Made by a program: the position numbers and the translations under genes | Source of the DNA: the human T2T-CHM13v2.0 reference genome, Homo sapiens | Reading direction: 5' to 3' (one strand) | Assembly: GCF_009914755.1 (NCBI RefSeq) | Contig: NC_060942.1 | DNA: 64,000 nt | Shown: positions 45,016 to 62,294 of the stretch, one piece after another | How the letters are laid out: the number at the start of each line of letters is the position of its first letter | How positions within the stretch are numbered: the stretch's first letter is position 1 | Notes under the pieces: generated by a model | What the model was told of the DNA's origin: nothing | Databases searched by the model: none | What the model saw: the letters and a program-made list of their open reading frames with translations, nothing else

Positions 45016-45076
45016 TAAATATCCTCTGTTCATTAACTGTGGCATTAAATATCCTCTGTTCATTCATGTGGCATTA
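45016..45076. repeat. Imperfect 30-bp tandem duplication
   Basis: taaatatcctctgttcatt(aac/ca)tgtggcat x2. Confidence 0.9.
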
Positions 45077-45859
45077 CTTCAACTCTTCAAACTGTGAATT
45101 TTTAAAAATGTTTTAGTTCGTCAATATCTGAATTAAGAAATCAATATTCTAGGTATAGCCTGATCAGTGGAGCAGTACTGCCACCTCCCCTACAATGGCT
45201 ATAATGTTACTTCGTTAAGTTTAAATTATGTTTTAACTGGAAATGTAAGTTCTTCAGAGTAGAAAAGGAAAAAAGCTGAATATTTAAAACTTTTTTACAG
45301 ACTCATGAAGGGAAACCCCAGATCCATAATTATAGGTCTTTAGGGAAGAAACCAACTAAAACAGTTTTGACAGGAGTTTAAGAGGGAGCAGAGGTCCATA
45401 AATCAAACAGCTCAAGCCATCAGAAGGAAAAGTGAAAGGAGGACAAGTGTGCATAATTAATTTAACCAAAAGCTGTGACGTGAACTCTTTCTCTCAGAAA
45501 ATCAGTGAGACTAGTGTTTTAAAGGATGAACTTGGTTAACATATGGAGTTTTGTTTTTTCCTTTTATGACAAAGGAAGACAAAGCCAGCACTCATTTACT
45601 TAGTTTGGGCACCTCTAGTTAGAGCTAGTTTTGTTTTTTTTTTTGTTTTTTCCTTTTGTGATCCCAGCTTCTTCCACATTGACTCTGCCAGGAAATCAAT
45701 TGCTTCTCGTGACTCATTCATGTTTCAGGTTGAATTTTTATGACTAATAGGCAAGCAGGCTGTGACGTGATTAGTTAAAGCTAGGTCAGATAGATTTCAC
45801 ACTCCATTAATTTATAAGCCTTTCTCATATGACTTTAACTTACTGTTTTTCCAGAATAA

Positions 45860-46112
45860 GAAAATTACAGGAAGAGATTAAAAAATTAGATATCAGATCT
45901 ATTGCACAGAATGGTGACTTAATAATGATTGTATATTTCAGAACTGCCAAGTAGATTTTAAATGTTTTTACTACAAAAAAAAGATAAGTATGTGAAGTGA
46001 TAGATGTTAATTAGCTTGATTTAATCATTCTACACTGTAAACATGTATCAAAACATTTTGTTGAACCCAGTAAGTAGATACAATTATTATTTGTCAATTA
46101 AAAATAAAATTT
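45860..46112 (+). mobile_element. L1MA-type 3' end
   Basis: gataagtatgtgaagtgatagatgttaattagcttgatttaatcattctacactgta...tttgtcaattaaaaataaaa. Confidence 0.8.
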
Positions 46113-46408
46113 GGCTGGGCACAGTGGCTCATGCCTGTAGTCTCAGCACTTTGGGAGGCCAAGGTGGGCAGATCACTTGAGGTGAGGAGTTTGAGACAGC
46201 CTGGGCAACATGGTAAAACCCTGTCTCCATTAAAAATACAAAAACTAGCCAGGTATGGTTGCACGCGCAGCTGTAGTCCCAGCTACTCGGGAGGCTGAGA
46301 CACAAGAATCACTTGAACCTGGCAGAGGTTGCAGTGCGCTGAGATCGCACCACTGCACTCCAGCCTGGGCAACAGAAGGAGACTCCGTCTCAAAAACATA
46401 AAATAAAA
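46113..46408 (+). mobile_element. Alu (S-like) inserted in the L1 tail
   Basis: Sense Alu; TSD aaaataaaattt. Confidence 0.92.
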
Positions 46409-47089
46409 TTTTAAATAATTTTATGTTTATTTTATTTTATGTTTATGTTTATTTTATTTAAAATTTAAAAAATTTTAAATAATTAGACATTAGCTCTAAA
46501 GATTGTTCCTTGGTATAAAATGTAGGATTAAAGCCTACAAATAATATTGGTATCATTCAGGAAATTAAAGTGTAAATCTTTTTTGGGAAAAATTAGTCTT
46601 TGTCTTCCAATTAATGTTTCTTAAAAATCTCTGTTGGTCATAGTTCATACAGTTCTCACTATATAAGCTTTTATTTGGAAATAGTATTGCAAGTTGATAC
46701 GAGTCTAATAGGACAGACTGATTTGGTCATGTAAAGCCTAAATGTCTGACAGACTGGTAACAATTGGTTGGCAAATAAGGTCAGTAATGGTTTGACATGG
46801 GAAAGTCAATTAACTTTATTTTTACTCAACATTCACAATTCAATTCAAACCCAATCTTTCAGTTACAGTTGATCCTGAATTGAGTTGGGCAAGAACATAT
46901 GCCTAGATCCACACAAATTTATTCTCTAGTGGAATCTGGGAATGTCTCCTATTCACTCAACAAATGTTTACGCCATACCTACTGTATGTCTACTGTGGTA
47001 GGCTCTTGTGATTCATCGGTTAACCAAAGATCCCATCCTCTTAGAACTTATATTCTAACAGGTGAGCAATAGATACAATAAATAAATTG

Positions 47090-47397
47090 CAGCTGGGCGC
47101 CGTGGTTCACGCCTATAATCTCAGCACTTTGGGAGGCCGAGACGGGTGGATCACTTGAGGTCAGGAGTTTGGGACCAGCCTGGCCAACGTGGTGAAACCC
47201 TGTCTCTACTAAAAATACAAAAATTAGCCAGGCATGGTGTTGCACGCTTGTAATCCCACCTACTCAGGAGGCTGAGGCACTAGAATCACTACAACCCAGG
47301 AGGCAGAGGTTGTAGTGAGCCAAGATTGGACCACTGCACTCCAGCCTGGGCAAAAGAGCAAGACTCAGACTCAAAAAAAAATCTAAATAAATAAAAA
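47090..47397 (+). mobile_element. Alu (S-like)
   Basis: Sense Alu; TSD taaattgca. Confidence 0.92.
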
Positions 47398-47829
47398 TGA
47401 GTAAATTGCATACTATGTTAAAAAGCAGTAAATGCTGTGGATAAAGTTTATAGAGCAGAATAACAGGGAACAGGAGTACTAGGGTGTGTGAAGGGAGGTT
47501 GCAATTTTAAACGGTAAAATTCCAGCAGACTTGAAGGAGATTAGAGAGATAATTAGGTATGTAGGTATCTGGGGATGAGCATTCCAAGCAGGTGGAACAA
47601 TTGGTGCAAAGAACCTAAGGTGGGAGTATGCTTGGTGTGTTTGGGGAACCTCAAGGAAGAGAGTGTGGCAGGAGTAGAGTATAATAGGAAAAAAGGTCAG
47701 AGAGGAAAAATGGGAGGGGCACCATCAGGTCATGTAGGATCTTCATGGATCAAAGGACTTTGGCTTGTGTTCTCAGTGAAATGAGCAGATGTGACAGGGT
47801 TTTCATGAGATTTCATCCATATGACTTAA

Positions 47830-48086
<257 letters not shown>

Positions 48087-48090
48087 TATG

Positions 48091-48092
<2 letters not shown>

Positions 48093-48124
<32 letters not shown>

Positions 48125-48404
48125 AGACGGAGTCTCGCTCTGTTGCCCAGGCTGGAGTGCAGTGGCACGATCTCAGCTCACTGCAAGCTCCGACTCCTGG
48201 GTTCACGCCATTCTCCTGCCTCAGTCTCCCGGGAGCTGGGACTACAGGCACCTGCCACCACACCCAGCTAATTTTTTGTATTTTTAGTAGAGACAGGGTT
48301 TCACCGTGTTAGCCAGGATGGTCTCGATCTCCTGACCTTGTGATCTGCCCGCCTCAGCCTCCCAAAGTGCTGGGATTACACGTGTGAGCCACCGCGCCCG
48401 GCCC
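48093..48404 (-). mobile_element. AluY with 31-nt poly-T
   Basis: AluY diagnostics. Confidence 0.93.
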
Positions 48405-48544
48405 CAATTTATCTCTTAATAGGACTCTTGTGACTGTTGTTGAGAGTAGACTATAAGGGGGCCTAGATAAAAGCAGTAACAGAAACTCAAATTTTGAAGC
48501 CTTCTTGTAGACTATGGATAACACATTTGGTTAACAATGTGTTA

Positions 48545-48740
48545 TTGTTAGGGTCTGACTGCTGAGATTTAAATCCTGACTCTGTTACTATTTTAGTAAA
48601 TGACTTCTGTATCTTCATTTCCTCATTTGTAAAATGAAAGTAGTAATACCTCACAGAGTTGTGATAATTAAACTCATAATTTAAATAGTGCCGGGCAGTG
48701 TAAACACATAACAAAAATTGGTTGTTATCATTGTTAGTGT
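48545..48740 (+). mobile_element. MIR fragment
   Basis: tttcctcatttgtaaaatgaaagtagtaatacctcacagagttgtg. Confidence 0.75.
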
Positions 48741-49232
48741 TCTCATCCTGTATTTGTCAAGCATGCTAATTCTACTACCATGATGTTTAACGTTCTTTCC
48801 TTTCCATATGTACTTAAAATATTCTAGTTCAGACCGCAGACAGAGCGGCTTGCCTGGACTATTATAGCCACTAATTGATTTCCTTGCCTCCTGTCCTTCT
48901 GTCCCAATCTTGCACAATACTGTTAGATTGTCACATTATATCCAAGCTCTAAAACCTTAATTTCTTTCCTCTTGCTTTCTACATTATGTGCACATTGAGC
49001 TCATGGCTCTCGTTCATGTAATTCCAGCTTTCCCTTCTCCAACATAAGTACACAGTACTGCATGCCTTTCCTCAGACTGTGGGTTCTCTCCTGATCTTGT
49101 CTGCAATTTGAAATACTTTTAATTTCACCTGAAGTGCTATTGACTATACTTTCTACTTCACTTCTCACATAGTATTTCCCACTGGGTACTGTAATCATTC
49201 GTGTACTTATCTACTTAGGTTTGGAACATTAG

Positions 49233-49583
<351 letters not shown>

Positions 49584-49849
49584 TAGTTTTTATGTTATTC
49601 AATCTAGTGATAAGAAGATAGTCACTATTCTGGTATCCCATGGTACAACTATGAGTTTAACTTCTATTTGTAAAGTGACTGAGAAGGCATTTTCTGCCCG
49701 TGTTATGTATAGATACGTGTCATCTATATGACATGTAAATATACCATATTTTATAAATGTAGTAAATAGTTTCTTTTTTCTTTTTATTTTAAAAATATTC
49801 CTATGTGTATATATCCAAGTGGGATAGAAGGAAAAAGGAAAGGAACTTA

Positions 49850-50075
49850 ATGTTAATTTCTACCTCCTGTGTACCAGGTATTATGCTGAGTGATTTGCAT
49901 GTATTATTGCTATGTTTTAATTCTCGTAACAGGCTTGTGAGATAACTATCAGCTCTTTTGTTTTATAGATGAGGAAAGATATGTTTAGAAAGGTTAACTC
50001 ACTCAAGGTCAGCTATTATGTAGATGAGTCAAAATTCAAATACAGATCTTCTTAGCTCTGAACTTTCCTACTCTC
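49850..50075 (-). mobile_element. MIR fragment
   Basis: ttttatagatgaggaaag...aggttaactcactcaaggtc. Confidence 0.65.
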
Positions 50076-50792
50076 CAGGTCTTGCCACATGGGTACTCCT
50101 GCCATTGGAGCTGTCTGTAACTGGCTATTTTTATTTGTTGTAATTTGTAGGAGTTAGTGGTAATCAAGAAATGGTGTTATAATATGTACACTTTGTGGCT
50201 TTTCAGTGACATGTTTCTAATTCCAGCCTAGTTTATCATTTCTGCTAAATGCTTTAAAACTGTCTTTTCACATAGTCCCAAAATTTGTTATGTGCCATGA
50301 TACAAGTATTACTTTTAGTATTAATCTAAAGCAAACAGTAAAGACTTTAATTTTTAACCTAAACTATTTGCAACAAGGAAAGCATGGGGGACGGGGGATA
50401 TATATGTACTACTATATTTGTATAATACAAATAAATTGTTGACAGTAAATATGCCTTTAAACAAATAAGCAGATCTTATTCTTAGATGTTGGAACATTGA
50501 CAGTTTTCCCCCACTTTATAAGCGTTTGTATCACCATCTAGTGGAAAACAAAAGAACTGTTAAAAATCCTACACTTAAATAGGAGCTAAGTTAAAATGTA
50601 AAATCATAGATCTAAAATGAATATCCGTTGACCTTTTAGTTTGCTATCAGACAGGACATGAATCATTAAAGATAATCACTGCATAATTTACATCAGGTTT
50701 AAATTCACAAATAAGAATATCTAGAAAACAATTCCATATTAGGAAAGTCTTTTGTAACCAATATAAATGCTTCTGGTTTATTTCTTCTTTGT

Positions 50793-51067
50793 ATGTAACT
50801 ATTTAGAAATTTAATTCACTTGCTTTAACCTTGTTCTGATCATTTTTTACTTGGAATCTGAAATTTGGTTTTAAGATGTACGATAACCTTGAGCCATACA
50901 AATGATTTTAAAATAATTTTAAATTATTTTAAATAGCATGTAACTATTTAGAAATTTAATTCACTTGCTTTAACCTTGTTCTGATCATTTTTTACTTGGA
51001 ATCTGAAATTTGGTTTTAAGATGTACGATAACCTTGAGCCATACAAATGATTTTAAAATAATTTTAA
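50793..51067. repeat. Exact 130-bp direct duplication, period 145
   Basis: 50793-50922 and 50938-51067 are identical by eye; 15-nt spacer. Confidence 0.95.
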
Positions 51068-51393
<326 letters not shown>

Positions 51394-51644
51394 TTAGTCC
51401 TGTTCTCTAACTTCCCTTGCTTGCTTATTTTAAGGTTTATAATGCTTTTTAATATTACTCTCAAGTTATAAATAGTAAAACCATTTCACTTTACCTTGTC
51501 CTTATTTTGGTTTTCTTTGAACTAAATCTTTAAATATTGGAGTGATTTCTGATAAAGCATGCTTCAGAGTTTCCTTCCCAAAAATAGAAACTCTAAAACA
51601 AAGATCATGGAGATAAATGATATAGTATACATTAGATTGATTGA

Positions 51645-51817
51645 TCATTTGTTTATTGATTGATTATTTGAGATAGGGTCTCACTCTGTCATCCAGGGTG
51701 GAGTACTGTGGTGTGATCTGTAGCTTACTACAGCCTGGAACTTTTAGGCTCAAGAGATCCTCCTGCCTCAGCCTCCCAAGGTGCTCAGATTACAGTCATG
51801 AGCCACTGTGCCCAGCC
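51645..51817 (-). mobile_element. Alu monomer
   Basis: Antisense single-arm Alu with (TTGA)n head. Confidence 0.78.
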
Positions 51818-52077
51818 CAGTATACCTTTTTAAATTAACCTGCTGATTTGTAACAAATATAAAAAGAGAAGTAACACTAAAATGTTACTACTCTAGGCAA
51901 TTTGGGTTAGAAGAAGCTGTCTGTTCTAGTCCCCTCTCTCCCAATGTCTTAACTTAAACAGCTTTGTTTCTTAGTGAAATTAAAGGAGCTTACTTCTTAG
52001 AATATGATAATTATGTCAATAAAACAGTACTTATATTGGATTTAAATACAGATAATACATAAAAATTTTAAATATGA

Positions 52078-52287
<210 letters not shown>

Positions 52288-52494
52288 TAAAATTGTGGTT
52301 ATTGGTGGGTAACAGTGACCCACAGTCTAACTTAGACAATATTTTAAAGGTATTTTCCATATAATTTTGTTTATATTACTAGTTTACTATCTTTTTCATA
52401 TTGGAAAGTAATGTTATCCTATTCATATAAATATCCCTAATCATATTAATATAAATTACTAATAATTTTAAGTAAAGAAGGCTTTACTGTGATT

Positions 52495-53990
52495 TACTTA
52501 TTTGTTCAACAAATATTGAAGCATCTGTTGTATACCAGGCACTGAATAAAACAAAGCCCTTGTCCTCATGGAGCTTATGATCTAGTTGAGGGAGAAATAA
52601 AATTTATGTCAGATAGAAGCAAGTGCTCTGAAGAAAAGTAAAGCAGGGTAAGAAGGGATATTAGAAAGCCTCACTTGTAAAGTGATGTTTGCATAGGGAC
52701 TGAGGGAGGGAAGTGAGTCACGTGGCTATCTGGGAGAAGGGCACCCAGGCAGAGAAATTAGCAAGCCCGGAGGCTTTGCAGTGAAGATGCCATTTGGTTT
52801 GTTTGAGGAACATTAAGGAACCCTGTGTGGCTGGAGCAGAGTGAGTAAAGGGGAGATTGGTTTGGACAACAGGAAAAATAGAGTTACCATTTACTGAGAT
52901 GGAAGACTGGGAGCCGCAGGTGTATAGGTTGGGGCGGGGGTGGTTAAAATTAGAAGTTTGGTTTCGGTAATATTCTGTTTGAAATGCAAACTCAACATTC
53001 AGGTAGAGTTTGGATTCATGAGTAGATGTGAGTTAGAATTTAGAGAAGTTGAGGATGGAGACACATATGGAGGTCATCAGCAGGTAGATGGCATCTAAGC
53101 CATGAAACTAGATGAGATTACCAAGCAAGTGATAATAGATGGGGATAAGAAGAAGTCCAAGTATTGAGCCTTGGGGAACTTCATTATGTAAAGTCATGAT
53201 TTTCAACTTTTCTTTTGTTGAACAACCCCCACCCCAGCATTTTTAGACATTTCCCCCCTCCCCCCAGTCCCTTCCCTGCTGGAATTTTATTACTGCAGAT
53301 CTACTGTATATCTGTTTAGGTGATACGTGTATGCATGTATGTCTGTGCTTTATACATAGTAAGGTTTTTTTTGCTCCCCCCTGCCCCGAACCATTTTTCA
53401 CCCCCTTAGAGAAAATACTGTAGCTGTTGAGGTTGCGAAAATGAGTAGGAACCAACAAAACAGAGAAGGAGCTGCCAATGAGATAGGAAAACTAAAAATG
53501 ATGTCCTTTAAGCCAAGTGGAGAGAGGACGAAGAGGTGATCAACTGTGTTTAACAATGCTAATAAGTCAAGTAAGATGAAGACTTCTTAGAATTGACCAT
53601 GAGATTTGGTTGCATGTAGATCATTGAGTGTTAAACTAGTAACATGATAAAAATTGTTAAGGTGTAATGGTGACCATCTGAGATCTGTCTCATGTTCAAA
53701 GGAAACTAAGGACAGAGAAAGTGGAAAGAGCACACACAAACAAGTACTCCCAAGACATTTTGCAGTAAAGAGGAGGAGAGAACAGGACAGTGGCTAAGGA
53801 AGAACATGGGTCAAGGGAGGATTTTTTTTCAAGATGGAATATTATAGCATGATCGGCATTTATTTATGTTGATAGGATGATCAAGTAAATAGGAGAAAAT
53901 TAATAATTCTGGAGAAAGAGGGAACAATTGCTACATCCTTAAAAAGGTCAGAGGAGATGAGATCCAGAGCCCAGTTGGGAGGGTTGGTCA
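52495..53990. mobile_element. L2 fragments
   Basis: ttcaacaaatattgaagcatct...ccctt gtcctcatggagctta..., ccatttactgagatggaagactgg..., aagtcaagtaagatgaagact are typical L2 3' segments. Confidence 0.65.
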
Positions 53991-54469
53991 AGGTTAATCA
54001 CTTATTCATTTTATAATAGTGTAAAAGTTACATACTGAAAGCTACAAATCATTTTATATTAACATGTGTGTCTGTTTGTCTGTCCATGAGTATGTGTGCA
54101 TGTGCATGGAGGCTCAGGGTCCAGCAAAGGGTGCTAGGGATACAACACAGAGGGTGGCAGATCCTTGCTTCTCAGCTCTCTAGAACCAATTCTGTTCTGC
54201 TGCTGCCAGGTCTTTGCTCCATTATTTGTCCTATCTTCCTTATACAGTATCTGCAGCTTCTCTGCTGGCTTATTATTAAGTATATACACATATATGTTAT
54301 CTTCCATCTTTAAAAAATAATCCCCCTTTTAATAATCTCCACCTTTAGCTACAGCTTCTCTTCAGAGGTGAAAAAGTATTAATAGTCTATACTCAATATC
54401 TCTACTTTACTAATTCCCATTCACTCCAACTCACTGTAATATGGATTCTATTCCCCAACCCCCACCTGC

Positions 54470-54600
54470 AAGAGAGGAGGAGAGAGCAAGAGAGAGGGAA
54501 GGGGGAGGGAAGGAGGAAGGGAGGAGAGAGAAAAGTGCTAGAGGAGTGGGGTACAGGGGAAGGTAGGGAGGGAGACTTACAGGGATTGAAGAGAGGAGAA
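54470..54600 (+). repeat. GA-rich polypurine low-complexity tract
   Basis: Near-pure purine run 54470-54535 plus G-runs to 54572. Confidence 0.85.
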
Positions 54601-54653
54601 TGCATTCACAAACCCTTTCTTACTCCTTACACTGGAACTGATTCTGACTGTAA

Positions 54654-55018
<365 letters not shown>

Positions 55019-55019
55019 T

Positions 55020-56015
55020 CACTTTCTATCTCTTCCTGGAGGAATGTCACCTGCAGTCAGTAGTCTTCTCTGACTCATACACTAATAAATCCCAAACCTG
55101 TATCTCTGTCCGACTTTTTTCCTGGTTTCCCAACCAATGTATCTACCTGCTGTTGGATACCTCTACAGGGATATCCTTCAACTTCAGCATGTCTACAGTT
55201 GACAGTTAACCTGTCAAACCAACTCTTCATCCTTGCATTTGCAATCTCAGTGAATGACACTATACATGCCTCTTTGAGTCATCCTAGATTTCTGCTTCAT
55301 CTGTTTTTGCTAAACAGCCTCTAAGTCTTACTGATTCCACCTCCTGCATATCTGTTTTACATATTCTTCTGTGCCCCTATTATACTAGTTTAGGCTACTA
55401 GCATCTCTCATCAAGACAACATGTTCTAGTAATCTAATTAGTCCTCTTGCCTATTAGTGATTGCTTCTTGCCTAATGAGTGTGTCACAGCCACTAATACC
55501 TTTTCAGCCCACACATTGCATTTGTTTTATTTAAAACTCTTAGATATCTCTTCATTGTCTACAGGATAAATTTGAAACTCCTTAGCATAACCTGACCCCT
55601 AACCAACCTAACTGGGTTCATGTCCTACTCCCATCTTCTGTAGTTTGACTTCTAGCAGTCAAACCACGCGTAGTTCCCTGAACAAGCAATTTTGTTTCAC
55701 TTTCTAGACCCTTAATTATACCTAGAATTCTACTTTCTGTCCCCAGTCCAGTTAACTTGCCATATTCTTCCTTCTCTCGAGTCAGCTTAGGCATCACTTG
55801 TAACTTTCCTTGATTTCCCAGAAGAGATTTAGGAGTCCTTATTCTGTGTTTAAATCACCCCTTTTATGTACCTTTATTATAATGTTTATCACATTCTATT
55901 GCAGTTCTCTTTTTACCTTTCAACTATATAAGCTCCTTGAGAACAAGAACTTTTTCTTTTCATCTACTGCTTAGCACAATACCTGGAACATAATAAGTGC
56001 TCCATAAATATTTGA
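55020..56015. mobile_element. L2 fragments (opposite orientation to 52495-53990)
   Basis: ataagctccttgagaacaagaac...cttagcacaatacctggaacataataagtgctccataaatatttg, an L2 3' end. Confidence 0.6.
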
Positions 56016-56385
56016 GTTAACCTTTATAAAATACTAGAACATAGGTGATTTATGAATATGTGTTAGCTTAACCTGAAACATGCAGTGCTGACAACCTCTC
56101 CTACAAAGTATGTTTTCATGAAAGAGAGCGTAAATATAGTTTGATATTCATGCTGTAACATAAGTCACAATAATTCCACTGTAAATCCATTTTAAGATTT
56201 TTTTCCCCAGTGGCAATAAGAAAAATTATCTACCTATTACATTCAGTTCATTTAGGAAAAACATAAAATTTACTTGAAAAATTTTAGCACGCATAGACCT
56301 GCAACTTATTGCCATTTATGGTAGGTATTTTGGACTTTTTGCACAGAATTTTAAAATGTGTCTAGTGCCATCTTATGAAGTGTGA

Positions 56386-56607
<222 letters not shown>

Positions 56608-56917
56608 TAACATGAATTAATTTTATGTCTTTTTAGGTCAGTTCTTAGAGAATTAAGCAAGAGAATTGTTCTATCTAAAGATCTTGGGTAAAGGCCTGAA
56701 ACAAAACTTACATTGTTAGAAAGTCCTATTTCTGTTGTCCAGCCCAGCAGTCTCAGAAATGTAGAATCTAGAATTCTTGGGATATGGGTTGAGTCAAAAT
56801 TTAGGGGAGTAATTATGGCATAGAGATTTTGTCAACTTTCTTCCCTTCCCCCTCTCTCATGCCCCCTCCCTGCCCTCATCTAAGAGAAGACCTAAACCTT
56901 CAGGTTGATTTCAGAAT

Positions 56918-57233
56918 TGTTGTTTTGTTTTGTTTTGTTTTTTAGAGATAGGGTCTCATTGTGTTGCCCAGGGTGGAGTGCAGTGGCTATTCACAGACAC
57001 AGTCATGGAGCCCTATAGCTTCAAACTCCTGGCCTCAAGTGATCCTCCCATCTCAGCCTCCCAAATAGCTGGGACTACAGACATATACCATTATGCCTAG
57101 CTAATTTTTTTTGTAGAGATGGGGGTCTCAACTGTGTTGCCCAGGCTGATCTCAAACACTTGGCCTCAAGAGATCCTCCTGCTTCAGCCTCTCAAAGTGT
57201 TGAGATTACAGGTGTGAGTCACCACATCCAGCT
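56918..57233 (-). mobile_element. Alu (J-like)
   Basis: Antisense Alu. Confidence 0.88.
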
Positions 57234-57464
57234 GTACTCTTATTAAGTTGTCTTGCTGTTGAATTTCTAAAAATTGAATTAGTTTTTCATTACATATAGA
57301 TTTTTTTGTCCTTTCTAGTTTTAAATTCATTCTTAAATGATAATGGGTAGTTTTTAACCTTTGAACTTTGAATGTGTTTTAATAGTTTCTAATTCCCCCC
57401 TACCCATAAACCTGGCAAGTCACAGCTTAGACACCAAATAGATTAAGGGAGCTGAAATCTAATG

Positions 57465-57615
57465 ACTTGCTGCTTGACGTGTGATCCATGGGCCAATAGC
57501 ATCTGCATCAGTTTTGAAGTTTGGTAGAGATGCAGAATCTCAGACCTACTGAACTTGCATTTTAACAAAATCTCCAGTTGACTTGTATGCATGTTAAAGA
57601 TTGAGAAGCACTGTT
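57465..57615. mobile_element. MER5A-like element
   Basis: gtgtgatccatgggccaatagcatctgcatca...gatgcagaatctcagacc...ttgcattttaacaa...ttgagaagcactg. Confidence 0.75.
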
Positions 57616-57784
57616 CTCTAAAGGATTATTTTAAATTCATCTCCTATCAGTATGAATAGTTATCTCTATTCCCTTCCCCTCATCTTAATGTTGTTTTTTG
57701 GAATTGGAGTTTTATATACAAGGAGTAGAATATACTTGTGTAAAACATTGAGGCTTTTCTCTTTAAACTTAAAAAGTGCTTCAT

Positions 57785-58315
<531 letters not shown>

Positions 58316-58720
58316 TAATTAAGGGCACGTTGGTGAAAACTGATAAGCTATTGGTGAGATCCCATTACAATGAATTTCATATAATTAAGCCATTTCTCTC
58401 CTTCAACATATAGTTTGTTATTGTGGTTATATAAATGTTTACTTTAAAAATTGTCTCCCTAGTTTCTGACCAATTGAGAGCTTTTTTGCATTACAGTAGA
58501 AAGGTGGATATCATTTTTAGCTACTTTCTGTGTTTCTGTCAAGCAGTACTTGTTCCCAGTACTTGTCACTCTGCTCCTTTAAAGAGCCAGTCATCCCTTC
58601 GGGGTTTATATTTCCCAAAACTGGATGTTCTACAAAATGCATCTAGAAGCTTGGATGAGCTTCCAAGATTGTGTTGCATCTCATTTTTACTAATTTCAGA
58701 ATACCTATTAACTAATAATA

Positions 58721-59066
58721 CAGCCATTCCGTGATATCAGTGGGGGATTAGTTATAGGACCCCCTCCCCCATGGGTACCAAAATCCAAAGATGCTCAAGT
58801 CCGTTACATAAAATGGCCATCATTATTGCATATAACCTGTGCATATCCTCCTGTATATTTTATGTAATTTCCAGATTATTTATAATACCTAATACAATGC
58901 CTACATATCAATCCATTTGCAAAGATTCAACATAGTACTTGGCACATGGAAAATTCAAGTTTTGCCTTTTGGAATGTTGTGAAATTTGGATTTTTTACCC
59001 AAATTATTTTCTAGCCACATGGCTGAATCTACAGATGCAGAACCCACAGATAAGGAGGGCCACTGT
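58721..59066. mobile_element. MER2-like Tigger element
   Basis: cagccattccgtgatatcagtggggg...gatgctcaagtcc...cccacagataaggagggccactg with TA flanks. Confidence 0.8.
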
Positions 59067-59199
59067 ACCTGTATTTATATAGCATTTTGCTTTTTAAAAG
59101 AGCTTTCAGTTTTTAGATATATAGATATCTATCTATCTATATATGTATATCACAGTCTGTCATCTTAGTAACTGATTAAAGTAGATTTTGTTACCCTAA

Positions 59200-59335
59200 T
59201 TTTTGGGTTTATTTTACAGATTACAAAAATACAGCTCCAGAAAGGTTAAATGTCTTGTTTCAGGCCACATAGCTATTAAGTGGTAGAGCCAGAGATCTTA
59301 CCCAGCCCACATCTTCAAACTTACTGCTCTTTCTA
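59200..59335 (-). mobile_element. MIR fragment
   Basis: ttttacagat...gaaaggttaaatgtcttgtt caggccacatagctattaagtggtagagccag. Confidence 0.7.
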
Positions 59336-59478
59336 CGCATATTTCCTCTGCTAGAGACAGGCTGAATCTTAATTTATGTTCAATTCTGTAGTGTAAGAAT
59401 TTTGTTTCTTGGAGTTACTCATGATCAAATGTCGTAACAAAAGAACTTAGGTTCTCAGTGGAATTTATTAAAATATGA

Positions 59479-59785
<307 letters not shown>

Positions 59786-59962
59786 TTATTTAAAGTACTT
59801 AGGAAAAATTTTTAAAATATGAATATTATGGTGTTGAGAAATACTTCCTATGTCATTTTCCTCTGCTTTTCCCCTTCTCTTTTGTCATCTAAATGAAGAG
59901 AAGCCAAAAGCTGTACCTTGTCTTAAATTTTGGTTAATCATTTGCTTCTAAGAGGTAGATAA

Positions 59963-60958
<996 letters not shown>

Positions 60959-60985
60959 TAGAGCTAACAATTATTTCTGTTTTAG

Positions 60986-61159
<174 letters not shown>

Positions 61160-61188
61160 TGAATGTCATTATTTACTTTTTTAAATAG

Positions 61189-61589
<401 letters not shown>

Positions 61590-61627
61590 ACTTATATACG
61601 TTTTTAAACTCCTTTAAAAACATTGTT

Positions 61628-62294
<667 letters not shown>

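Noticed and set aside
59112-59150. Near-palindromic agatatatagatatctatctatct
   Set aside because: Low-complexity (TA/TATC) microsatellite.
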